Below the pieces are notes generated by a model. That model had not been told where the DNA came from. It saw only the letters and a list, made by a program, of their open reading frames with translations, and ran no database searches. Shown in pieces: positions 19,705 through 29,831 of a DNA stretch of 64,000 nucleotides. The DNA lies in assembly GCA_964423515.1 (NCBI GenBank), contig CAYRFL010000001.1, positions 1-64,000 on the forward strand, given 5' to 3'. The number at the start of each line of letters is the position of its first letter. The stretch's first letter is position 1. The translations under genes and the position numbers were made by a program. This stretch comes from an uncultured archaeon (GTDB lineage: Archaea; Thermoplasmatota; Penumbrarchaeia; JASLWR01).

Positions 19705-21828
19705 ATGACCTCGAAGCAGTATCTAAAATTGGTCAAGACAGCCAAGAGCTCCAACATCAAGAAGAGCCTCCAGGCCCTTGAAGAGCTGGAATCCCTCACA
19801 AGGTCCCTTCCGCCGCATCTCAGAGGTCTCTCCAGGGAGTTGGCACCTCTTTTGGAGAGCAGCAATGAGAGAGTGAAATTCCTTGCTTCCGTGATCATCA
19901 GACGGGAATCCGAACTGGCACCCAAGGAGATGATCAAGCAATTCCGGTTCTTTCTGGATGTTCTTGAAAAGATTTTCACATCAAAGAGCCAATCATCGTT
20001 CAATCACTGGAAACCATACACGAATATCATGTTTGCCTTGAGTAACATAGCAAACGAGTATCCGAAACTGGGAGACAAGATATCCCCTGTCATTGGAAAA
20101 GCGTTGATGTATCCCCTTTACAGCCCCCAGAATCCCACAAAGGAGAGGGCCCTTCTTTATGTTACCGCCGTAAAAACGCTGGGAAGGATAGGAAAGAAGA
20201 ACCCCCAATCCGTGGACGGCTCGATACAGCACATCTATAAAGGCATGGTGGATTCATACCAGTTCGATTTCTGGAAGAAGGCCAAATCCGACCCTGAGAC
20301 GAACATGCGTCTTCATGCCGCAAATACACTCAAGAGAATAGGCCGCGAGGACCCCGCCAGGGTGGTACCGAGAGTGATACCCGCCCTCAACGAAAAGAAC
20401 AAGAAAGCGGTAAGTGTGGGAAAGGACATTCTACTCTACCTGTCAAAGGACATAAAGAGCCTATTACCAGCTCTAATAAAATCCATGAACTCGGACAAGA
20501 TCGATGAGAGGGAACGCGTAACAGAATTCATGGTGGAGCTGGGGAACAAGCATCCTGTCGTCGTAATGCCGATATTAACACGGGCGGTAACCGACAGCCG
20601 AAAGAATGTCCGCATCCAGGCCATCTCAGCCATGGGCTCGCTGCTTACCAATCAGACCAAATACATACCGAAGGTCCTCCCGGTTCTGATAAAATGCCTC
20701 CTTGAGGAGAATGACAACGAGATCAAGCATTCCATAGCCGACAGTATCGCGATAGTGAGCTTTCTCAATATCAACGTCTTTCAGAAATACATGTCCCATG
20801 TGATCAAGTTCATGAACGACGATTACTATCACGTTCGCTGGAGGATGTACCAGATCATCAAGAACATAGGCATATTCAAGCCCCAGGCCGTGGTGGATAC
20901 GATACCGCATCTTATCAACGGACTCACCGATCCGCACGGTCACGTGCAGGACAAGGCCAAGGAGGCTCTGGCCGCTCTCAAGGTGAACAAACACGAATAC
21001 CTCCAGGCCATCAAGTATATCGCGAGCGGAACGAGAGCTCTCGAGAAGGCCAAGCAGAACGGTATCGAATGCATGCAGGGACAGAACGCCCTGATGGATG
21101 CGATAAAGGCCGCGAAGGAATACAAGTTCCTGGAGTCCATCAGCCTTTCCTCAGGAGCTCTCGATCTGATGGAAGCCTCCGGTGTCTCGTTATCGAGATA
21201 CGACGCAGCGTCCAAATACGTATCGGGACCGTATATAGGTGTATCCGGAGAGAGGCCCGATATACCCTCACAACCCTTTGGTTACAGGGATGTGGAGGAT
21301 CTGCCCTTACCTCCACCTCCCGAAGAATCCATTCCACTTCCGCCGCCGGCACCGGAGAGTGGACAACCTTCCGGCGGCATTATGCCGGCCAAGGAGGTAT
21401 CGATCTCCGAATCCAAGAAGGGATTTGGCATCGATGAGATATTCCTCATGACCACATACGGGATACTTATAGACCATTACGTTGCATCGAAGAAGAGCAA
21501 GGTGGACGAGGAGATACTGGCCGGCATGCTGGTGGCAGTGAAGAGCTTTATCACCGACTCCTTCGACCTGCCGGATGCCGTGGGAGGCGGCAAGATGCAC
21601 CTCAATAACATCGATTTCGGTGATTTCTCGGTCATTCTCTCCAGCGGAAAGTTCCTGACCATGGTCGCCATAACCACCTCCGGGAACAAGGATACCATAT
21701 ACGGCCATCTGACAGACGGAGTCAGCAAGATAGAGGAAAAATACCACGGCATCCTGAAAACCTGGGACGGAGACATGGAAGCCCTGGGGGACCTTCCGGA
21801 TTTTATGAAAACCGTGGTCCTGGAATAA
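19705..21828 (+). CDS. HEAT/PBS-lyase-like repeat protein (about 430 aa of repeats), Pro-rich linker, C-terminal roughly 110-aa roadblock/LC7-like domain
   Basis: Repeated helix pairs with 'ALxxIGxxxP' spacing (e.g. 'RLHAANTLKRIGREDPARVVPRVIPAL'). Linker 'LPLPPPPEESIPLPPPAPESGQPSGG'. C-terminus 'ILAGMLVAVKSFITDS...GGGKMHLNNIDFGDFSVILSSGKFLTMVAITT' resembles a roadblock fold, low confidence. Confidence 0.55.
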   Translation: MTSKQYLKLVKTAKSSNIKKSLQALEELESLTRSLPPHLRGLSRELAPLLESSNERVKFLASVIIRRESELAPKEMIKQFRFFLDVLEKIFTSKSQSSFNHWKPYTNIMFALSNIANEYPKLGDKISPVIGKALMYPLYSPQNPTKERALLYVTAVKTLGRIGKKNPQSVDGSIQHIYKGMVDSYQFDFWKKAKSDPETNMRLHAANTLKRIGREDPARVVPRVIPALNEKNKKAVSVGKDILLYLSKDIKSLLPALIKSMNSDKIDERERVTEFMVELGNKHPVVVMPILTRAVTDSRKNVRIQAISAMGSLLTNQTKYIPKVLPVLIKCLLEENDNEIKHSIADSIAIVSFLNINVFQKYMSHVIKFMNDDYYHVRWRMYQIIKNIGIFKPQAVVDTIPHLINGLTDPHGHVQDKAKEALAALKVNKHEYLQAIKYIASGTRALEKAKQNGIECMQGQNALMDAIKAAKEYKFLESISLSSGALDLMEASGVSLSRYDAASKYVSGPYIGVSGERPDIPSQPFGYRDVEDLPLPPPPEESIPLPPPAPESGQPSGGIMPAKEVSISESKKGFGIDEIFLMTTYGILIDHYVASKKSKVDEEILAGMLVAVKSFITDSFDLPDAVGGGKMHLNNIDFGDFSVILSSGKFLTMVAITTSGNKDTIYGHLTDGVSKIEEKYHGILKTWDGDMEALGDLPDFMKTVVLE

Positions 21829-21852
21829 TATTGCGGAGTCATCCGCGAGAGC

Positions 21853-22260
21853 ATGACCGTAATGGACATCACCTTTGGACGGGAATCGACCACAATTCAA
21901 TCGGGGTTGGATGCCATGGATGAAAAGAAATCGATAATCACGCCGATTCTGGAACAGTCCCTCGGAGAGATGCTGAACGCCGAGGCCCTTCTCTACGACG
22001 TATTTCGGGATATGTTGAAGGAGGAACTGAAGAAATTCGTCCTGGCCCGCCTGGAGGAGAATCCCGAGCTCAAGGATGAGCTGAAGAAGGCCATCACCAT
22101 GTACCTCGAGGCAAAGGTCCGGGAGATGTACGCGGGCATTTTACTGGCCAAATCGAGCGCCAAACTGGGTTACGAGCTGGTCCCGGAGAACCTGAAGAAG
22201 GACCTTCGCCGGGAGATCGAATCGGAAATGGGAAGGCTCATCGAGAGAACCTTCAAATAG
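21853..22260 (+). CDS. Small helical hypothetical protein, probably co-transcribed with the HEAT-repeat gene (25-bp gap)
   Basis: ORF with archaeal-like composition. No recognisable motif. Confidence 0.4.
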   Translation: MTVMDITFGRESTTIQSGLDAMDEKKSIITPILEQSLGEMLNAEALLYDVFRDMLKEELKKFVLARLEENPELKDELKKAITMYLEAKVREMYAGILLAKSSAKLGYELVPENLKKDLRREIESEMGRLIERTFK

Positions 22261-22571
22261 CTATCGAACTCGACATAATCATTAGATGAGTTCTCTTCAA
22301 ACAAAAGGGCTCGGTAGCCGGGGTGGGGAACAGGGGTGGTGTAGGCGAATACGAGCCCGATACAGTAAAAATACGAGTTAGTACAATCGGTAGAAAGAAC
22401 GAGGGCATTTGCCCTCGTGGTCGGCATCCTGCCGACCCTTAATATAAATAATTTTATAGAACTCTAGCGAGGGCAAGCGTTGACTGTCGTTCGCTCGCCC
22501 TCTAAACCACACGATGTCCCTACTTGTATCTGCATTCCACTCTCGATAACACAGAACACCGAACGAGAAAC

Positions 22572-25433
22572 TCAGTCCCAGAACTGGCGGGTCCTGGCAT
22601 ACTCGATCTCCGCCCGGAGTATCTCCCTTAGAAAATCCTCCTCGAACTCAAATGGCTGCGGCAGGATACGAATTGCCCTTCTGGGCCCGATCCCCCTTCC
22701 CATCAGCGTCATCACGCCCTTTCTCCCGTGCTCCGCCACGATGGACGCGCTGGCAAAGAACCTGTCCAGCTGCTTCCGTTCCTTTGCCGTCATTGTGTTC
22801 CGGTCCTTCTTGAGCAGGGATATCCTCTCCAGTTCATGGTCATGCAGCACGGCAAGGTAGGTCCCTCCGCAGTTCCAGCATTCGTTGTGCCCTCTCTCGG
22901 GTATATCGGCAACGGTCTTGTGTGAGAACTTGCCGCAGTTCATACAGACCAGGATGACCGACTGCTTCAGGAGGCGCGATCTCAATGCCTCGAGCACTGT
23001 TGAATCCGCCTTGTACGGGCTCATGACAGAGGCCCGGTCGTCAAGACCCTCAAGGGATATGGGAGAGAGGCCCGTAGCGGTCAGAACCTCCATGGTGCCA
23101 TCCCTGATGCCTAGAAAGACCTTCGCGAGGCTTTCCGTATCAAGGTAGTCCTCCAGAACGCGCGCTATCGTTTCCTCGAGTATGAGCGAATCACCATAGC
23201 TTCGCGCGAGATAGCCCAGATTGACCGAGCCGATGTCAGCATCCTTGCGGATGGCACCGAACTTCTTCGCCATATAGACGAAATACCCGCGGGCCCGGGA
23301 GGAGTTCTTCAGGACCACGGATAGTATGCGCTCGACGTCGCCGGGGACAATGGTAGTCAACAGTTCGACCAAGATATTCGTACTCAGGGTATGGGGAACT
23401 TCAAGCACGATACGATAGGCATCGGTGGAGGTCTCCAATCCCCTTCCCAGTCGGGAAGCCAGGAGGGACGACAACAGGAGCGAGAGGGTCTCATTGCATC
23501 TCGTTCCGAAGCAGGTATTTATCACCACCGTACTTCCCTCTCTCTCCACCAGTATTGTATTGGAGATTGGTACTACGCCAACCTTTGTCTGTTCCCGGAT
23601 ATAATCGACATACCTCTCGAGAGCCGCCTCGCTCATTTGATATCCTGCCCTGAATGCTTCGAGAGCCGCAATCTTTTCCCCTTCATTTCTTTCCAATGCC
23701 GAGCAGAGGGCCTCCCTGGCCCTGCCTACCTCCTGGGCCACGTCGAACGGAACGGGGATCTCCTCACCGATCCAGGAAGGGATGGCCCCTATGTCATCCC
23801 CGGGAGATACCAGGATGGATTCCCCGCTCATCTCGACCACTACCCAGGCCCGCCCCCTCATTATGAACTTGACGCCGTCCCCGAGATATGCGGAAACGAA
23901 CTCCTCATCAAGCGTTCCAATCGACCTTCTCGTGGCGATATCTATTATCCTGTAGACCTTCTCGTCCCTTATCATCGAGATATTGTCATAGAAGTAGTCC
24001 ATTGCCCTCTTCCTTCGCGAAAGCTCGCCGCTGTCGGGGTCCCATCTAATCAGACCGAGCTTCGAAAGCTCATCGAGAAGGCGGTAGTATAATCCCTTTT
24101 CGAGTGTGGAGAAAGGATAGGATCGCTTGACGATCTCAAAGAAGGCTTCGTCCATACCCTTGTGCATTTTACGGCCACTCTCCATGGTGGAGGCGATTAT
24201 CTGGTTGCTCAGCACAGCCAGCGGATTCCGGACCGCCCTTATCGTTTCCAGTTCGCCGGAAACGGCCCTTCTCACGATGACACCGCTCTCCATGATGTCA
24301 TCCGGCCTTGTGGCCAGCACCTGCCCCATTGATATCTCGCCGACGCGGTGGCCAGCCCTGCCGATCCTCTGGACGAGGCGCGTGACCTCTCGCGGGGATG
24401 AGAACTGGATGACGTGTTTCACGAATCCGACATCGATCCCAAGCTCCAGCGAGGAAGTGCAGATCAAACCCTTCAGCGCCCCTCCCTTGAAATCGTCCTC
24501 CATGCTCGTCCGTACTTCCTTGGATAATGAACCGTGATGTATCCCAACGGGAAAATCCGGATCGATAAGAGCGATCCTGGAGGCCAGGACCTCCGCGGTC
24601 TGCCTCGTGTTGACGAAGAACAGAACGGGCTGGGCCTCCTTCATGAGCTCAAGCGAGGTCAGGATTGATTCAAGCTCCTCCCCCGTGCATGCCAGCTCGG
24701 CCTCGAGGGCCTTTTGACCGGGAGCGGATCGCGGCGTCACCACGGTGAGCTGCATCTCCTTTCCCGTTTCGATCCTTTCGACCTTCACGCTTCGCCCCAT
24801 CCCACCAAGAAAGGTGGCAACCTCGATGACCGAATCCATTCCCACCGTGGCCGACAATCCCACCCGCACGGGCGGATGACGGGTTATTCTCTCGAGCCTT
24901 TCAAGTACCACGGAAAGCTGGGCACCCCGAAGATTGCCGCATATGTCGTGAACCTCATCCATTATGACGTATCGAACAGTTCTCAGATGCTCGATGAGCC
25001 TGCTTCCGGTGAACAGGATCTGGAAGGTCTCCGGCGTGGTTATGAGGAAATCGGGCGGATCGCGGGATTGGCGGGTCCTCTCGGAACGCGGCGTGTCCCC
25101 GTGTCTCAGACCCACACGGATGCCGAGATATTCGCCCCATTTCCGAAGACGAGAGATGATATCTCGGTTCAATGCACGGAGCGGGGTTGTATAGATGACC
25201 CGAAATCCCCTGTTCTCCGATGCAGGCACACCTTCTCTAATAAGGGATTCGAACACGGGAATTGCCGCGGCTTCCGTCTTTCCGATCCCGGTGGGAGCGA
25301 GGAGAAGGGTATGCTCTCCTTTCAGTATATGCCCGAGGGACCGCTCCTGGGCAGCGGTCGGGGAAATGATACCAACCTGCTTGAGCAGTTCCCTCAACCG
25401 GGGATGTAGAGTTTCGAAAACGGACATCGGCAC
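22572..25433 (-). CDS. lhr: Lhr-type large ATP-dependent helicase (SF2, DEAD/DEAH box)
   Basis: Walker A 'LAPTGIGKTEAAAIP'. DEVH box 'IMDEVHDI'. 'SATVG'. C-terminal Lhr-specific domain with C4 cluster 'CMNCGKF...CWNCGG'. Confidence 0.85.
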   Translation of the reverse strand: MPMSVFETLHPRLRELLKQVGIISPTAAQERSLGHILKGEHTLLLAPTGIGKTEAAAIPVFESLIREGVPASENRGFRVIYTTPLRALNRDIISRLRKWGEYLGIRVGLRHGDTPRSERTRQSRDPPDFLITTPETFQILFTGSRLIEHLRTVRYVIMDEVHDICGNLRGAQLSVVLERLERITRHPPVRVGLSATVGMDSVIEVATFLGGMGRSVKVERIETGKEMQLTVVTPRSAPGQKALEAELACTGEELESILTSLELMKEAQPVLFFVNTRQTAEVLASRIALIDPDFPVGIHHGSLSKEVRTSMEDDFKGGALKGLICTSSLELGIDVGFVKHVIQFSSPREVTRLVQRIGRAGHRVGEISMGQVLATRPDDIMESGVIVRRAVSGELETIRAVRNPLAVLSNQIIASTMESGRKMHKGMDEAFFEIVKRSYPFSTLEKGLYYRLLDELSKLGLIRWDPDSGELSRRKRAMDYFYDNISMIRDEKVYRIIDIATRRSIGTLDEEFVSAYLGDGVKFIMRGRAWVVVEMSGESILVSPGDDIGAIPSWIGEEIPVPFDVAQEVGRAREALCSALERNEGEKIAALEAFRAGYQMSEAALERYVDYIREQTKVGVVPISNTILVEREGSTVVINTCFGTRCNETLSLLLSSLLASRLGRGLETSTDAYRIVLEVPHTLSTNILVELLTTIVPGDVERILSVVLKNSSRARGYFVYMAKKFGAIRKDADIGSVNLGYLARSYGDSLILEETIARVLEDYLDTESLAKVFLGIRDGTMEVLTATGLSPISLEGLDDRASVMSPYKADSTVLEALRSRLLKQSVILVCMNCGKFSHKTVADIPERGHNECWNCGGTYLAVLHDHELERISLLKKDRNTMTAKERKQLDRFFASASIVAEHGRKGVMTLMGRGIGPRRAIRILPQPFEFEEDFLREILRAEIEYARTRQFWD

Positions 25434-25632
25434 GCAGCTCTCCCCTTCTGAACATTATGAATCGCAAATCTCCGCTATGATCTAAAATTCTTGATGGCAC
25501 ATGTGCTTTTTCCCATAGTGGATTCACTCCATGCTCGACTGATAATTACCTTATTTTATAAAATAAGAATCGTTGGACAATTAATAAATAAGGTACTTTC
25601 CATAATATCGTCCCAGTTCAGGAGTTGTTCGG

Positions 25633-25851
25633 ATGGGTTTCAACGACCTTAGTGAGGTTGAGATGCGGCTGTTCGAGTACATAAAAGATGGGGATTTCGA
25701 AGGCAAGAAATGGTCCTCCAAGGATGCTGCGGAACAGATGGGGATCGAGTTAGAGGATATCTATCTCGCCCTTTCGAACATGTCGAAACACATTAGAGAC
25801 AATATCTACATTCATTACAAGGATGGCGGTTTGAGGATCTCCGCCGAATAA
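25633..25851 (+). CDS. Small protein, possibly a winged-helix DNA-binding protein
   Basis: 'SKDAAEQMGIELEDIYLALSNMSKHIRDNIYIHYKDGGLRIS' has an HTH+wing-like pattern. Weak. Confidence 0.35.
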   Translation: MGFNDLSEVEMRLFEYIKDGDFEGKKWSSKDAAEQMGIELEDIYLALSNMSKHIRDNIYIHYKDGGLRISAE

Positions 25852-25853
25852 AC

Positions 25854-26054
25854 ATGGGGGATGACGTCTTGGCGCAAAAGATAAAGGACTTTTCCCTGAC
25901 CACATTCGAAGTGTGGTGCTACAAAGCGAAGGATTACTTCTCGAAGATGGGGGATGACGTTGGTCTCAAGAAGATCGAGGACGCCCTTCAGATGGTAGAC
26001 ATATTCCGGCAATACGACGGAGAGCTGTTCTTCCTTGAGAGCAACGGGAAATGA
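25854..26054 (+). CDS. Small hypothetical protein (66 aa)
   Basis: ORF only. Starts 3 bp after the previous small ORF. Both begin MG(F/D)(N/D)D. Confidence 0.3.
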   Translation: MGDDVLAQKIKDFSLTTFEVWCYKAKDYFSKMGDDVGLKKIEDALQMVDIFRQYDGELFFLESNGK

Positions 26055-26109
26055 ATGGAGCTCACATCGTCGTGTCCGTTGGTTTATACGCTAGTACAGG
26101 GGATGTGAA

Positions 26110-27390
26110 ATGTCCGATACGGATGATGCGGTTCCGGTAGGTGTTACTCGAAGGGACGAGGTCAGTTTCGACGATCAGTCGGAGGCCTATTACAGGCTCA
26201 ACCGGCTCAACGCGAACCTGATGGAGAGGAATTATTCCCTGATGATGGAAAAATTGGAAATGGAGAAGAGGGTCAGGGAGCTCACCGGTGCCTACAAGGA
26301 CCTTAAAAAGAAGAACGGCAAGATGGCATCCGAGTTGAAGAACTTCAGAACGCCCCCCTTCATAGTGGGAGAAGTGATCGACGTTCTGGAAAAGAACCGG
26401 ATACTCGTCAAGAACGGTATCGGACATTATTACGTCGTGAAGAACCTGGGGAAGGAAAAGATAGAGGAGGAGGTGGAGATAGGGAAGCGGGTGATGATGG
26501 ATTACAAGAACCTCAACGTAGTGGACCTTCTTCCTCCGTCCCGGGATCCCATCGTTTCCGGTGCCCAGATGATGGAGAGGCCGGATGTCACATATGATGA
26601 TATCGGGGGACTTCTTGAGCAGAAGCAGGATATTCAGGAAACCGTGGAACTACCCCTCATCAAACCCGATATATACCGTCAGATAGGGATAGATCCTCCC
26701 AAGGGCATACTTCTCGTCGGACCTCCCGGAAACGGCAAGACGCTTCTGGCACGGGCAGTTGCCAACAAGACGAACGCCGTCTTCATCCATCTCGTGGGAT
26801 CCGAACTCGTCCAGAAGTTCATCGGTGAAGGCGGGAGGCTCGTGCGGGAGTTGTTCCAGCTTGCACGGGAAAAGGCACCCAGCATAGTATTCCTCGACGA
26901 GATCGATGCCATCGGTGCGCGGCGCCTCGGTATGGACACCTCGGGAGACCGGGAGGTCCAGCGAACACTGATGCAGCTGCTGGCGGAAATGGACGGATTC
27001 AACCCTCTGGACAATGTGTCCATAATCGCCGCGACCAACCGACCGGACATCCTGGACAAGGCTCTTCTGAGGCCCGGTAGATTCGACAGGATTATCGACA
27101 TCCCTCTCCCCGACAAGAAGGGAGTGCGTCAGATAATTAACATCCACTCGAGGAAAATGAAGCTGGACTGGCGGGTCAAAAAAGAGATGGACGAACTGGC
27201 ACGGTTGTGCGACGGGTTCAGCGGGGCGGAGATCAAGAACGTGTGCACGGAGGCGGGAATGTTCGCCGTCAGGGCCGAGGGGAAGAGGGTCACCCTGAAA
27301 CATTTCAGGGAGGCCATAGAGAAGGTGAGCAAGAAGAGGAAGGAGGACGGGGGTAAGCTGGACAGCGAGAAGAGCAAGATATACGGGTGA
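26110..27390 (+). CDS. pan: Proteasome-activating nucleotidase (AAA+ ATPase)
   Basis: Coiled-coil N-terminus. OB region. Walker A 'GPPGNGKTLLARAVA'. Walker B 'IVFLDEIDAIG'. C-terminal hydrophobic-Tyr-X ('IYG'). Confidence 0.9.
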   Translation: MSDTDDAVPVGVTRRDEVSFDDQSEAYYRLNRLNANLMERNYSLMMEKLEMEKRVRELTGAYKDLKKKNGKMASELKNFRTPPFIVGEVIDVLEKNRILVKNGIGHYYVVKNLGKEKIEEEVEIGKRVMMDYKNLNVVDLLPPSRDPIVSGAQMMERPDVTYDDIGGLLEQKQDIQETVELPLIKPDIYRQIGIDPPKGILLVGPPGNGKTLLARAVANKTNAVFIHLVGSELVQKFIGEGGRLVRELFQLAREKAPSIVFLDEIDAIGARRLGMDTSGDREVQRTLMQLLAEMDGFNPLDNVSIIAATNRPDILDKALLRPGRFDRIIDIPLPDKKGVRQIINIHSRKMKLDWRVKKEMDELARLCDGFSGAEIKNVCTEAGMFAVRAEGKRVTLKHFREAIEKVSKKRKEDGGKLDSEKSKIYG

Positions 27391-27488
27391 TCAGGCCGCG
27401 TACCATATATTTCTCCAATGCCTTTGCAGCGATTCCATATGTCCCTAGTTTTATCTTCTTGACCGTTTTATGGTGATATCATCTCACA

Positions 27489-28025
27489 TCATCGGGTTCT
27501 GTGACTGCTTTGATGGGGGGGCGCGTTTTCGCACTTACGTAAAACCCTGTTCACCACTCTTCTGAAGCCTTCGATGTGAAAATCGGGAAGGGAGGCACAG
27601 TCGAAGAAAGCGGCCTCCAATGCATCTCCGCCCGCAGCCAGCTCGCCTTCTTCGAAATTGAGCAGATAGGCGATGATCAATACGTCGCCGTAGATATCGC
27701 TGCGGATATGGAAGATGTCCAGAAGCTTTTCTACAGATGTTCTCAACCCGGTCTCTTCCATCACTTCTCGTACGCACCCTTCCTTCGGGGTCTCACCGGA
27801 CTCGATAAAGCCCGAAGGGAGGGCCCAATGCCCCTTGGCGGGTTCCACCCCCCTTTTGATGAGGAGCAGTTTTCCTTCCAATACCAATACCCCTGCTGCC
27901 GATGGAAGGGGATTTATATAGTGGACGAAACCGCATTCCGGGCAGTGGCCCCTCTCCCTTCCCTCGATGAAACTACTTTTTAGCTCATGGGAGCATTGGG
28001 GGCAATAGATATACTTCACGGTCAT
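27489..28025 (-). CDS. NUDIX hydrolase with N-terminal C4 zinc ribbon (NudC-like NADH pyrophosphatase architecture)
   Basis: Zn ribbon 'CPQCSHEL...HCPECG'. Nudix box 'GFIESGETPKEGCVREVMEETGL'. Confidence 0.8.
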   Translation of the reverse strand: MTVKYIYCPQCSHELKSSFIEGRERGHCPECGFVHYINPLPSAAGVLVLEGKLLLIKRGVEPAKGHWALPSGFIESGETPKEGCVREVMEETGLRTSVEKLLDIFHIRSDIYGDVLIIAYLLNFEEGELAAGGDALEAAFFDCASLPDFHIEGFRRVVNRVLRKCENAPPHQSSHRTR

Positions 28026-28336
28026 CTCGCCGAGTTATTCTCCTACTTGCATTTATGTTTATTCCACAGGGTATTGTGCCGGTCTCGAAAACCCCAGGGC
28101 GAACTCCAGGAATTGGAACATGTTGCTCTCATCCTGACGGGTGGAATACGGAAGAAACCAAGGAGCGGTATGGATGTTCCATGATATGTCACGTTACCTT
28201 CCGGACCACCATTGGCAGTTATGGACAACACAAACAACTCGAAATAATTAAATAACAGCTGAATAATCGATTGAAGGAAAGGTTTATATTTCATGGCAAG
28301 CGGGATACAGATGATTATATATAGTCTCCAACAGAT

Positions 28337-29812
28337 ATGATGGATGGGGGTCGGGGCGGGGAAAAAACCGAGGCAACGTATATATCGAATCAACAGGATT
28401 ACGGAAACGAAACCAAGGCCGGTGAGACAATGGAACCGAAGGACAAGAAGAGGATCATCAAGATCGTGGCAGTAGCGGTAATAATCATCGTTATCACGGC
28501 AATAACCATTGCGATCCTGATGGCGGATGACGGGATCGATTTAATATATGTCATAGTGGACAAGGTGGATGACGGTCTTCGTGTCAGGGCCATCGCAGAT
28601 CCTAGCGGAATGGGGGAGGTTAATGGTGACGGGAATATCGTGATCGAACATGACGGAAACATCGTCTATGAAGGAAAGATAGGTTTCAAGAACGATAATG
28701 CCGATGAGACCGTTGGTTTCCAGGATTTCGTCGAAGGAAACGGCGAATACATAGTCACGGTATCATACAACGACAAATCGGGTAGCAGGACGTACGACGT
28801 TGACTGGGTGACCGAATATATCTACGTCTACGGTTTTCTACACGACATCACTCCTATAACAACTCCGGATGGTAGCTCAATGCTGGGAATCGAGAAGGGA
28901 AAACTGTCCCTCTACATCACTCCCATCAAAAGCGAAGGGATCAAGTTGTTCACCATTGCCACCTCATTCAAGAGCGAACTGGATAACTACCGCATATCCG
29001 ATGATCTGATCGATGAATTCAAGGGAAACGGAAAATCCATCTCCGTTGAAGATAATTTTGGCGTCATCTCGATGAATGATGACGAATGGCTGATAACCAA
29101 CAATATCATGCTGTACCTGATCCGTGAAGAGGGGAGCGGTCTCTCGGTGTACCAGTGGAGCAGCGGCCTCGAGGCAGCACCGGAGAACGTGGAGGTCGAC
29201 CTGGAGATATACTATGAGGGAGCCAGGCAACACGAGGAGTCCTTCGCTCTGACATCCACGATGAAAACATACGAGAAATTTGATTACTATACCACCGGTG
29301 CCGGGGATTACGAGTTCCGGATAACTGCGATCAATACACAGATCAAACCGGATAGCGCAATTTACGATGGAGTTACCTCTACTCAGAAGAAATTCCTCAA
29401 TCACCGTCCCTGGGCGAGCCTCGATTTCGATAAATACCCCGAAGATAACGAGAAACATCAGAGCAGGACGGTGGAAGTGACATCCTCGCAGGCCAGTGCG
29501 GGGTACGAGATCACATTCGATGCGGGGGAATCCATAAACGACGGGCCACTGGAGTACGCGTGGGATTGGGATTATTATAACGATAGGGTGGAGGAGGAGG
29601 AACCGTTCGACGTGGAGGACACAGGTGAGAAGGTGGCCCACACGTTCAACCCCGATCTCTCCCTCATTTCTCCGAACGATCATTACTACATCGGCCTTCA
29701 GGTGACGGGAGAGGAGGATGTGGAGGTCCAAGACGACGTGGATGGTTCAATGCATATCGAGAAGGAAAGTCATACGATCATAATCCACATACATTTCAAG
29801 TTGACGTTCTAG
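28337..29812 (+). CDS. Type-II membrane protein with a large extracytoplasmic domain of unknown function
   Basis: Lys-rich leader, then TM 'IIKIVAVAVIIIVITAITIAILM'. The real start may be the Met at about 28426. No recognised domain. Confidence 0.5.
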   Translation: MMDGGRGGEKTEATYISNQQDYGNETKAGETMEPKDKKRIIKIVAVAVIIIVITAITIAILMADDGIDLIYVIVDKVDDGLRVRAIADPSGMGEVNGDGNIVIEHDGNIVYEGKIGFKNDNADETVGFQDFVEGNGEYIVTVSYNDKSGSRTYDVDWVTEYIYVYGFLHDITPITTPDGSSMLGIEKGKLSLYITPIKSEGIKLFTIATSFKSELDNYRISDDLIDEFKGNGKSISVEDNFGVISMNDDEWLITNNIMLYLIREEGSGLSVYQWSSGLEAAPENVEVDLEIYYEGARQHEESFALTSTMKTYEKFDYYTTGAGDYEFRITAINTQIKPDSAIYDGVTSTQKKFLNHRPWASLDFDKYPEDNEKHQSRTVEVTSSQASAGYEITFDAGESINDGPLEYAWDWDYYNDRVEEEEPFDVEDTGEKVAHTFNPDLSLISPNDHYYIGLQVTGEEDVEVQDDVDGSMHIEKESHTIIIHIHFKLTF

Positions 29813-29831
29813 TCCGATAACTCGGCGATGA

